From the NCBI GenBank assembly GCA_028826165.1, contig JAPDFW010000059.1:1488001-1552000 (forward strand): a stretch of 64,000 nt of DNA, read 5' to 3'. The stretch is from Anaeramoeba ignava BMAN (Eukaryota; Protista; Anaeramoebae). The translations under genes were made by a program, and so were the position numbers. Shown piece by piece: positions 11,393 to 21,926 of the stretch. The stretch's first letter is position 1. Every line of letters begins with the position of its first letter. Below the pieces are notes generated by a model, which was not told the origin of the DNA, searched no databases, and was given only the letters and a program-made list of their open reading frames with translations.

Positions 11393-14301
11393 ATGTCTTC
11401 AAAAAGAAAATTTTTCAGAAAAGGAACACAAAAAAAAACAACAAAACTTTTAGGAGAAGTAAGTCCTATATTTCCAATTCATCCTTTTATTATACGATGT
11501 ATTGAAGAAGTTGAAGAAAGAGGTAAAAAATCAATAAAAAAAATCAATAAAAAAAAATAAAAAATAATAAAAAATAAACCTATTTAAAAAGGTTTAAATA
11601 CTGTTGGAATCTTTAGAATTTCATCTAGTTCTCAACGTATAAAAGAAATAACAACAGATTTATCACAAGATAAAGAAGTTTTATTATCAGAACTTGATAT
11701 TATAACAATTAGTGCTTTAATTAAGCAATATTTTCGTGAATTACCTGAGCCAATTTTAACTACTAATCTCTACGATACATTCGTTAAATTGGCTGGTAAC
11801 ATTATTTATATAACAAATTATAAAATAATTAATAAAATAATTAATAAAATAATTTATAAAATAATTAATAAAATAATTAATAAAATAATTAATAAAATAA
11901 TTAATAAAATAATTAATAAAATAATTTATAAAATAATTAATAAAATAATTAATAAAATAATTAATAAAATAATTAATAAAATAATTTATAAAATAATTTA
12001 TAAAATAATTAATAAAATAATTAATAAAAAAATAATTTATAAAATAATTAATAAAATAAAATAATTAATTAATAAAATAATTAATAAAATAATTAATAAA
12101 AAATTAAAAATAATTAATAAAATAATTAATAAAAAAATAATTAATAAAAATAATAAATAAAATAATTAATAAAATAATTTATAAAATAATTTATAAAATA
12201 ATTTATAAAAAAATAATTAATAAAAATAATAAATAAAATAATTAATAAAATAATTTATAAAATAATTTATAAAATAATTTATAAAATAAATAATAAAATA
12301 ATAAAATAAAATAATTAATAAAATAATTAAATAAAATAATTAATAAAATAATTTATAAAATAATTTATAAAATAATTTATAAAAATAAATAATAAAATAA
12401 TAAAAAAAAATAATTAATAAAATAATAAAATAAAATAATTTATAAAATAAATAATAAAAATAATAAAATAAAAATAATTTATAAAAATAATTAATAAAAT
12501 AATTAATAAAAATAATTAATAAAAAATAAATAAAATAATTAATAAAATAATATAAAAAAATAATTTATAAAATAATTTATAAAATAATTAATAAAATAAT
12601 TTATAAAATAATTAATAAAATAATTTATAAAAATAATTAATAAAATAATTAATAAAATAATTAATAAAATAATTTATAAAATAAATAATAAAATAATTTA
12701 TAAAATAATTAATAAAAAAATACTTAATAAAAAAATAATTAATAAAATAATTAATAAAATAAATAATAAAATAATTAATAAAATAAATTATAAAATAATT
12801 AATAAAATAAATTATAAAATAATTAATAAAATAAATAATAAAATAATTAATAAAATAATTAATAAAATAATTAATAAAATAATTAATAAAATAATTAATA
12901 AAATAATTAATAAAATAATTAATAAAATAAATAATAAAATAATTAATAGATTTGGAAGAAACAGAACAATTTAAGAAAGTTTTTGAATTATTTCAATCTT
13001 TACCATTTTATAACAAGATTTTAGCATTAGTTTTATTAAGGTTATTGAAAAAAGTTAGTGAAAATTGTTCAATTAATATGATGGGAATAGAAAATTTAGC
13101 CTTAATTTTTGGACCGACTTTTCTTAAGAAGATTAGAATTATTGATAATAATTTACCACAACCAGATCCATTAGAAGTTGTTCGAGAAAATGAAAAAGTT
13201 GCAAAAATAACATCTCTTTTAATTAATAATTTTGATAAATTTAAACAAGTTTTATTGAAATCACCTAATATAGTATTTTTTTTTAAAAAAATTAATATTA
13301 AAATTAATATTAAAATTTAAAATTAAAAATTAAAATTAAAACAGAAAATTTCAGAAAATGAAAAAACATCTTCTATTGAAGATTCTATAATAGAACACTT
13401 TAAAACAATTGATACAAGAATTTATGAATCTGCAAAACAAATTCAACAAATAAAAAATGAAAATAAAAAATTTAAAATGGAAGCAAAAGAAAAAGTGAAA
13501 GAATTAAAAGAAATTTTAAAAGAAGAAAAAGGAAAAGTTGAATTAATTTCTGAGCAGCAACAACAACAACTCAAATCACAAAACGATAACCAACAAAATT
13601 TAACACTTTTGACAAAGGAATTAATTGAAAAGAAAAAAAAAGCAAGAGATTTAACAAAAAAAAAGCAAAAAACAAAAAGAAAAAATACAAGACTTCATCA
13701 AGATATTCGAAGTACAACAAACATTAATAAACAAGAAAAAACTATTTTTCAAGAATATCAAAACGAAACACAAAAGGAAGTTACAAGTCTTCAGTTCAAT
13801 ATAAAATGGATGAATGAAAAAATTAACGAACTCGAAGATATCCAAAAAAATGAAACATTAAACGTTCAATTTTATTATGAAAAAAGCAAGAAAAACATTG
13901 AGAAATATCAAAAAAGAGCTCAAATTTTCGAGCAAATTCAAAATCAAGTCAAACAACTTGAAAGTGATATTTCACAAGCTGATTTACATATTTCAAAAAA
14001 TCATCAAGAATTAACTTCAATTGTTTCTTTATTTGAAGATGAAAAAAAAATCACAGAAAATGATATTGAACAACAAGAAAAAGATATCCATGTTTTAAAA
14101 GAAGAAATCCAAATACAAGAACAAATTAACCAAAAAATAAAATCAAATATTCTTCAATCTCAGGATTCAATTATTCCTTTGACTCAAAAATTTGTTGATT
14201 TAATTCATCAAAGAAACCAACTTCGTCAAAAAATTCAATTACAAACTAAAGAACTTTGGCGTTTAAGTGAGGAATTTCAAAAAACGAAAGAAAATAACTA
14301 A
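11393..14301 (+). CDS. RhoGAP-domain protein with C-terminal coiled coil, 4 exons
   Basis: Exons 11393-11522, 11592-11795, 12950-13272 and 13345-14301. Motifs: CIEEVEERGLNTVGIFRIS (arginine finger), LIKQYFRELPEP, NMMGIENLALIFGPTFL, then an E/K/Q-rich heptad region. Confidence 0.9.
11815..12945 (+). repeat. Intronic minisatellite, ~12-mer AAAATAATT(A/T)AT, in RhoGAP intron 2
   Basis: About 1.1 kb almost devoid of G and C. It explains the spurious (INKI)n ORF. Confidence 0.95.
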
Positions 14302-14489
14302 TTTTTTATGTTCCCTTTTTTTTTGGCTTTTTTTTTTGTGTTTTTTATAATTGATTTAATTTTAAAAATAAGGAATTTTTTATTCCACTTTTTTTTTGCT
14401 TTTTTTTTGCTTTTTTTCACTTTTTTTTCACTTTTTTTTTTTTCATTTTTTTTTTCACTTTTTTTTTTTAATTATTTAATAATTTAATA

Positions 14490-14900
14490 ATGGATTATGA
14501 TGAATTAAGTCCTGAAGATGAAACTTATTTCAGTGAAAGTGATGATGATGATGATTAGTAAAAAACAAAACAATTTATTCAATTATTTCTTTATAAAAAT
14601 TTATTCAATTATTTCTTTAAAAAATTTATTAAAAGTATTCCTTTAATTCAACAAACAACTTCAAGAGAAGCTTGGAAACAACATGAACGTCTTAAATTTA
14701 GAAGAAGACTTGTTATTCTTTTAATAATTTTTTGTGTTCTGTAAATTTAATTGAAAAAAAAAAAGTTTTGCTTTTTTTTTAATTATTTTTTTTTTTGAAA
14801 ATTGAAAAAATATATAATTAGTTTTTCAGGAGTTATTGCTTTAATAGTTCTTGGAGCAACAGGAAAATTAAAAGGAAATTCTGAATCAAAAGATTCTTAA
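14490..14900 (+). CDS. Small (83 aa) single-pass membrane protein, 3 exons, absent from the ORF track
   Basis: Exons 14490-14557, 14636-14740 and 14822-14900 (252 nt) give MDYDELSPEDETYFSESDDDDDYIPLIQQTTSREAWKQHERLKFRRR-LVILLIIFCVLFSGVIALIVLGA-TGKLKGNSESKDS*. Introns are GT-AG and TCA(C/T)TTTT motifs lie upstream. Confidence 0.7.
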
Positions 14901-15118
14901 GAAAATATTAGGATTTATTATTTAAAAAAATTCTTTCCTTTTATTTTTATTTAAAAATTAAAAAATTAAAATTTCAATTAAAAAATTTAAAATTTAAAAT
15001 AAAAATTCTCTTCAAAATTTTTTACAGAAATGTAAAAAGAATAAAAAAAATTTTTTTCAATTTTTTTGAAATTCATTTTTTATTTCATTTTAAAAAATAA
15101 AATAAAAATAAAATAAAA

Positions 15119-18100
15119 ATGGAAATGGATGAATTAATACAATATACAATTAATAATCCATTTGATTACAATGGATTTATTAGAGCAATTAAAGAATTAA
15201 CAAAAAAATCAGATATTCAAAATCTGAATCAAATCCGAGAAAATATGAACCTAACATTTCCATTAACAGAAGAATTATGGTTGAATTGGATAACAGATGA
15301 AGAAAACAAGCAATTAAACGAACAAAAATATGATTTTAATAAATTAGTTGATTTGTATTTGAAAGCCTTAAAGGATTGTCCAGTTAATATTTCAATTTGG
15401 TGCAAGTATCTTGATTTTATTACAGTTTCCAAGCATTTAACAACAGAAAACACAAGGAAAGAGTTTGAAAAATCACTTCAGAAGGTCGGATTACACACTT
15501 CTGAAGCAACCTTAGTTTGGAATAAATATCGCAAGTTTGAGGAGGAAATTTTGGATTCTTTAATTCCTGATAATTCAGAAAATGTTGATTTAAAAAATCC
15601 TGTTATAAAAAAACAACTGGAGCATATTGGCTCAATTTATTTAAGGCAAATTTCAATTCCTCTTGCGGGAATCGAGGATACTAAGAATGATTATGTTGAT
15701 TTTGCTGATATTTATTCAAGACCAGATAGTGAAATTCAGAGTATCCAAGATTCTTACTCAAAATCAATTGAAATTCTTCATTCTGTTCAGGAATTTGAAA
15801 TGAAAATTTATCGCATCATTACAACTCAAGATTCGGAAATAATCATTACTTTTGATGGGGAAAATATCCAAGAAAACGTTCAAAAAAATCAGGAATTAAT
15901 AAATATTTGGAAGGAATATATTGATTTTGAAAAGAACCGCAAAAGCGATTATGATCCCTCAAGAATTATTTGTTTGTATGAACGCGCTTTGGGTTCTTCA
16001 TCTTTTAGTGTTGATTTGTGGATTGAATACTCGCAGTTTGTCAATGAGAAATTGAATGATTTTGTTTTTTTAAACGAAATTCTCAATAGAGCCCTTCGTA
16101 ATTGTCCTTGGACTGGTTATTTATGGCTCCAGAAAATTCGCGCAATTGAAAAAGTTCTCATTTCTAAATTGGAAAAGAATTTCAACTCACAAATTTTGGA
16201 TGAGAATGAATTTGATATTTTATTTGAAATTGTCAAGAAAAAATCCCCAAAAAATCCAGAAAAAATTTCGAATATCAATTTTCTTGATTCAATTGAAGTG
16301 GAAATTCGTCAAATTATTGAAAAAGCCTTTTTGTTTGGATTCCAAACAGAGGACGAATATATTCAATTATTATATTCCTTTATTGATTTTTGCAAAAGAA
16401 TATTTCAAGCATTTTCACAGCGTATTTCAAAGGATTCAACCAAAAAAAAGAAAATGTCTCAATTTATTCATCCCCAATTCATTCGAAATTCTTATAAATA
16501 TATTTTGGAACAACTTGAAAACACACAGAATCAAATTTTGACAAACAGAAAGTATTATCAAATTGAGATGGTCAAGCATTTTGCATTTATTGAGAGAATT
16601 GTTTTAAATTGCTATGATGAATCAAAGAATTTTTGGGAAAATGCAATATTTTTGAGTAAAGACCAACAATCTCAATCAAATCAAGTTTCTATTCTTTATG
16701 ATTGGATTCAGTTTGAAATTTCTCATGGTTCTTATTCCGATTCCAGAAAATTATTCAAGAGATTAGTTCCCCAATGTACTTTGGAATTTTTCAATTCAGT
16801 AATGTCTTTATTTTTGCGTTTCGAAAGACAATTTGGTTCTTTAAATGATTTTGAAGTTGCAGAAAAAATATGTAATCAAAGACTTTTGGAACTTAATAAT
16901 AAACAACAAAAAATTGAGGAAAAAAAAGAGAATCAAAAAAAGAAAAATCAAAATCAAAAAAAGAAAAATCAGAATAGAAAACAAAATCAAAATCAAAATA
17001 AACAACAAAAGAAAAATCAAAATCAAAATCAAAATCAAAAAAAGAAAAATCAAAATCAAAAAAAGAAAAATCAAAATCAGAATAGAAAACAAAATCAAAA
17101 TCAAAATCAAAATGAAAATGAAAATCAAAATCAAAATCAAAATCAAAATCAAAATCAAATTGAAAATGAAAATGAAAATGAAATTCAAAATGAAAATGAA
17201 AATGAAAATCAAAATCAAAATCAAAATCAAAATGAAAATCAAAATCAAAATGAAAATGAAAATGAAAATGAAAATCAAAATCAAAATCAAATTGAAAATC
17301 AAAATCAAAATCAAAATCAAAATCAAATTAAAATGAATTTAGAGGAAAATAAAATGGATATTATTCAAAATCAAGATTTCGTTCCTTTTAACTCAAAAGA
17401 TCAAAAACAAACCAAAAATGAAGATAAAAAAAGGAATCAAGAAAACTTAGAAAACGAAGAATTTCAAAAAATAAGGAAAGTCCATCAAGAAAATGGAGAA
17501 AAAGATAATAAAACATTATTTGTGAACAATATTCCATTTGAAACAACAGAAGAAAAACTAGAAAAATTATTTTCACAATATGGAAAAGTAAAAGAAGTTC
17601 GGTTTGCGAAAAAAAGAAAGGAAAATAAATCATCAGTTGTATTTGCATATATTGAATTTGAAAATGAAGAAATGGCGCAAAAAGCATTAGAATTAGATGG
17701 ATTTAAACTTGATGGAAAAAATATCAGAGTTGCCATTTCTTGTCCACCTTTAAAATATAAAGTATTTATTGATAATCTTCCTTTTTCAGCAACTGTTTCT
17801 TCAATTGAGAAACTTATTCTTCAAAACGGATGCACTGAAGTCAAAAATATTCGACTTGGTCTTTCTCAAAACGGTAAACCTCGAGGTTTTGCTTTTGCTG
17901 AATTTAAAGAAAATCAAAATTATAATCTTGCTCTTTCTTTCCAAAATCTTTTTTTGGAAGGCAGAAAAATTATCTTTAAAAAAGCTACTGATCAAAGAAA
18001 AAATTTCAAAAAAAATCCAAAATTTAATATGAGAAAAAAATCTTTTCAAAATTTTTCAAAACCAAAACCAAGAAAACAAAGAATTAATTTAAATAATTAA
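15119..18100 (+). CDS. SART3: SART3/Prp24-like U4/U6 recycling factor (HAT repeats + 2 RRMs)
   Basis: Intronless 993-aa ORF. HAT motifs (FPLTEELWLNWITDE, CLYERAL, RALRNCPW, FERQFGSL), an NQ/EN low-complexity linker, and two RRMs (TLFVNNIP..FAYIEF; VFIDNLP..RGFAFAEF). Confidence 0.88.
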   Translation: MEMDELIQYTINNPFDYNGFIRAIKELTKKSDIQNLNQIRENMNLTFPLTEELWLNWITDEENKQLNEQKYDFNKLVDLYLKALKDCPVNISIWCKYLDFITVSKHLTTENTRKEFEKSLQKVGLHTSEATLVWNKYRKFEEEILDSLIPDNSENVDLKNPVIKKQLEHIGSIYLRQISIPLAGIEDTKNDYVDFADIYSRPDSEIQSIQDSYSKSIEILHSVQEFEMKIYRIITTQDSEIIITFDGENIQENVQKNQELINIWKEYIDFEKNRKSDYDPSRIICLYERALGSSSFSVDLWIEYSQFVNEKLNDFVFLNEILNRALRNCPWTGYLWLQKIRAIEKVLISKLEKNFNSQILDENEFDILFEIVKKKSPKNPEKISNINFLDSIEVEIRQIIEKAFLFGFQTEDEYIQLLYSFIDFCKRIFQAFSQRISKDSTKKKKMSQFIHPQFIRNSYKYILEQLENTQNQILTNRKYYQIEMVKHFAFIERIVLNCYDESKNFWENAIFLSKDQQSQSNQVSILYDWIQFEISHGSYSDSRKLFKRLVPQCTLEFFNSVMSLFLRFERQFGSLNDFEVAEKICNQRLLELNNKQQKIEEKKENQKKKNQNQKKKNQNRKQNQNQNKQQKKNQNQNQNQKKKNQNQKKKNQNQNRKQNQNQNQNENENQNQNQNQNQNQIENENENEIQNENENENQNQNQNQNENQNQNENENENENQNQNQIENQNQNQNQNQIKMNLEENKMDIIQNQDFVPFNSKDQKQTKNEDKKRNQENLENEEFQKIRKVHQENGEKDNKTLFVNNIPFETTEEKLEKLFSQYGKVKEVRFAKKRKENKSSVVFAYIEFENEEMAQKALELDGFKLDGKNIRVAISCPPLKYKVFIDNLPFSATVSSIEKLILQNGCTEVKNIRLGLSQNGKPRGFAFAEFKENQNYNLALSFQNLFLEGRKIIFKKATDQRKNFKKNPKFNMRKKSFQNFSKPKPRKQRINLNN

Positions 18101-18109
18101 AGAAACAAA

Positions 18110-19030
18110 ATAAGGATATTTTTAAAAAAGAATTAAATTGAAATATTTTAAAAAGAAATTAAATTGAAATATTTTTAAAAGGAATTGAATTGGAATATTT
18201 TTAAATTAAATTGAAATATTTTTAATTTAAATCAGAATATTTTTAAATTAAATTGAAATATTTTTAAATTAAATTAAATCAGAATATTTTTAAATTAAAT
18301 TGAAATATTTTTAAATTAAATTAAATTGAAATATTTTAAAAGGAATTAAATTGGAATATTTTTAAATTAAATTGAAATATTTTTAAATTAAATTAAATTG
18401 AAATATTTTTAAATTAAATTGGAATATTTTTAAAAATTAAATTGAAATATTTTTAAATTAAATTGAAATATTTTTAAATTAAATTGGAATATTTTTAAAT
18501 TAAATTGAAATATTTTTAAATTAAATTGAAATATTTTTAAATTAAATCAGAATATTTTTAAATTAAATTAAATTGAAATATTTTTAAATTAAATTGGAAT
18601 ATTTTTAAATTAAATTGGAATATTTTTAAATTAAATCAGAATATTTTTAAATTAAATTGAAATATTTTAAATTAAATTAAATTGAAATATATTTTTAAAT
18701 TAAATTAAATTGAAATATTTTTAAATTAAATTGAAATATTTTTAAATTAAATTGAAATATTTTTAAATTAAATTGGAATATTTTTAAAAGGAATTGAAAT
18801 ATTTTAAATTAAATTGAAATATTTTTAAATTAAATTGAAATATTTTTAAATTAAATTGAAATATTTTTAAATTAAATTGAAATATTTTTAAATTAAATTG
18901 AATTGAAATATTTTTAAATTAAATTGGAATATTTTAAATTGAATTGAATTGGAATATTTAAAAGGAATTAAATTGGAATATTTTTAAATTAAATTGGAAT
19001 ATTTTTAAAAGGAATTAAACTGAAATATTT
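18110..19030. repeat. Intergenic ~21-bp minisatellite (AAATTAAATTG(A/G)AATATTTTT)n
   Basis: Directly visible tandem array between the SART3 stop and the BTB gene start. Confidence 0.92.
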
Positions 19031-19039
19031 CCATTTAAT

Positions 19040-19078
19040 TTTTTTCATTTTTCATTTTTCATTTTTCATTTTTTTTTA
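19040..19078 (+). promoter_or_regulatory. Tandem TCATTTTT initiator-like elements just upstream of the ATG (example of a window-wide motif)
   Basis: Four tandem TCATTTTT copies end ~12 nt before ATG 19090. The same motif lies in sense orientation upstream of most genes in the window. Confidence 0.55.
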
Positions 19079-19089
19079 AATAAAAATAA

Positions 19090-21470
19090 ATGAACTCTCT
19101 TTCAAAAGATTTAAAAAATTTACTTGATAATTTGGATCTAGTAGATATGAGATTTATTATAAATCAAACACAAATTTATGCACATAAACTTGTTTTAGCT
19201 GCTTCAAGTTATTTTTGGAAAACTCAACTTTTTGGAAACAAAACAAGAAATAATGAAGATATTTTCACAGTTGTTTTATCAGATATTGACCCAATAATCT
19301 TTAAAAAAATAATCGAATATCTTTACACAAGAGAAATTTTGATTGATTCAAAAACAGTTGATTTGTTAATGGAATATTCATCACAATTTGGAATTGAAAA
19401 TTTACAACATTTATGTTCAGAATATTACCAAAACAATCTTTCATCAGAAAATTGCGTCAAAATTCATAATTTGGCTTGTAAATTCAAGGATGAAAACCTT
19501 AAAAAAATTTCACTGAAATTTCTTGAAAATCATAAATTGAAAGAAAATCAAGTTTTAAAGAATTCTTTTCTTGGAATGGAAAAAAATGATGTCACTCAAC
19601 TTTTATTGCTGAATAATCTCCATGGATCAGAAGAAATCAAACTTCTGGCTGGTATAATTGAATGGAGTGAAAATTACTGCAGTAAACTTCAAATGCAAAC
19701 AAGTCCAAATAGTATTCAATTTGTATTGGAAGAGCCGATCAAGTTTATCAAATTTGAATATATTTCAGCATTTCATTTTCTCAATTTGATGCATCGCAAA
19801 CAATATTTGACAGATTTTTTGGTTCATAAACTGATTGAATATTTTAATAATTCCCAATTAAATGATTCAATTATTAAAGAAAATGTTTTACAACTTGAAT
19901 TTATGGAATCGAAAGAAAAATCAGTTTTGGAAAGACTTATTTTATGGGGTCAGCATTTTTGTTTGGATAATAATATAGATATCAATCAAGAAAATCTTTC
20001 AAAATATATTTCTCCATTTTCATCAATGCTAAATTTTCAAGCATTTACTCCAACTTCTTTAGTTCAACTTTTAGAAACAAAAATATTTCCTTTTGAATTA
20101 ATTTTGGAAAATTTGATAACAAATATACAAAAATTAATTTCCTCAAAAACAGAGTATTTTATTAAATCAGAAAAGAAACCAATTACAAGTATATCTGAAG
20201 TGTGTATTTTAAATAATTTGAATTGATTTAAATTGATTTAATTTAATTTAATTTAATTTAATTTAATTTAATTTAATTTAACTTAATTTGATTTAATTTT
20301 ATTTAACTTAATTTGATTTAATTTAATTTAATTTAACTTAATTTGATTTAATTTGATTTAATTTGATTTGATTTAATTTGATTTAATTTAATTTAAATTG
20401 ATTTAATTTAATTTAATTTAATTTAACTTAATTTGATTTAATTTGATTTGATTTGATTTGATTTAATTTTATTTGATTTAATTTAATTTAATTTAATTTA
20501 ATTTAATTTAATTTAATTTGATTTGATTTGATTTAATTTAATTTAATTTGATTTGATTTGGATTTAATTTAATTTGATTTAATTTAATTTAATTTGATTT
20601 AATTTGATTTAATTTGATTTAATTTAATTTAATTTGATTTAATTTGATTTGATTTGATTTGATTTGGATTTAATTTAATTTGATTGATTTAATTTAATTT
20701 AATTTGATTGATTTAATTTAATTTAATTTAAATTAAATTTGATTTAATTTTGATTTGATTTAATTTAAATAATTTGATTTAATTTGATTTAATTTCTCTA
20801 GATAAAAGTCCTTTTAATTGAAACAAATCACTTCTCAAGAAATGATATCATAAGTTCAATAAAATCAACTGGAATCCAAAATGTTGATTCAGTTGATGCA
20901 AGAAATGAAAATGTTACTTTTGAACAAATGAAGAACTATGATTGTGTTTTCACTTTTTCTTATAATTCATACAAAAATCCTCAAGAAATAGGAAACGCTT
21001 TGGCAATATACGTAGAATCAGGAGGAGGACTTGTTTTGGCTGCAAGAGATACACTCAACACAGATGATACTTGTCGTATTGAAGGGAGAATTGTGAGTGA
21101 TGGTTTTCTTCCAATGAAATATGGAAAGCCTATTGATGATAAACCTTCATTTTTAGGAAAAATTCTCAAAAATGATCATCCCATTTTGAAAAATGTCAAA
21201 AGTTTTGACGGTGGTGAGTGTTCGTACCGTATTGAGGGAAATGCCACAAATGGTTCTTCTGCTGTCGCTTTTTGGAATGATGGCTCTGTTCTTGTTGCAG
21301 AAAAGACAAAGCAATCAAACTTTGGAACAGTGATTGTTTTAAATATTTTGCCTTATTCAGATAAAGTATGCAGTAATTATTGGAGATCGTCTTCTGATGG
21401 TATGACTTTAATTGCTAATTCTGTGGTTTATGTTTCAAGAGTTGAGAAAAATGGACAAATTATGAAATGA
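19090..21470 (+). CDS. BTB/POZ-BACK protein with a C-terminal class I glutamine-amidotransferase-like alpha/beta domain, 2 exons
   Basis: Exons 19090-20199 and 20802-21470 splice in frame. BTB: IYAHKLVLAASS, FKKIIEYLYT. Two BACK-like repeats: EEIKLLAGIIEW and EKSVLERLILW. C-terminal domain: YDCVFTFS..IGNALAIYVESGGGLV..HPILKNV..AFWNDG..LIANSV. Confidence 0.82.
20220..20795 (+). repeat. (ATTTA/ATTTG)n intronic microsatellite
   Basis: Pentamer array inside the BTB gene intron. Confidence 0.95.
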
Positions 21471-21926
21471 AAATTTTTTCTTATTTTTTATTTTGTAAAG
21501 TTTTTTTTTGTTTTTTTTGATTTTTTTTGGAAAGAGAATTAATAAAAGAAAGTAAAAGAAAATAATCCAAAAATATTATTTGAAATTAATTTTATTTTCT
21601 AAAAAAGATCTCTTCATGTTTTTATTAGTTTTTTTTTTTTAAGAGATCTCCTTTTAATTTTTTTTTATTTTAATTAAAAAAATTTTTCCTAATTTGGTTT
21701 TTTTTAATTAGATTTTAATTTATTTTTATTATTTAAAAAGAATTTTTAATAATAATTTTTAATTCCTTTTTTTTAAATTAAATTAAAAATTAATTAAAAA
21801 AAATTTTTTTTATTTTTATTTTTATTTTTTTTTTTTTTTTTTATTTTTCTGTCAATTATTGAATTAAAAAATAAATTATAAAAACAAAAGCAAATCAAAT
21901 TTTTTTTTTTATTTAAATCGTTATAA

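Noticed and set aside
6764-18100. RtcB and SART3 as a functional RNA-processing cluster
   Set aside because: They are separated by three unrelated genes, each with its own promoter-like motifs. Nothing supports co-regulation beyond proximity in a gene-dense eukaryotic genome.
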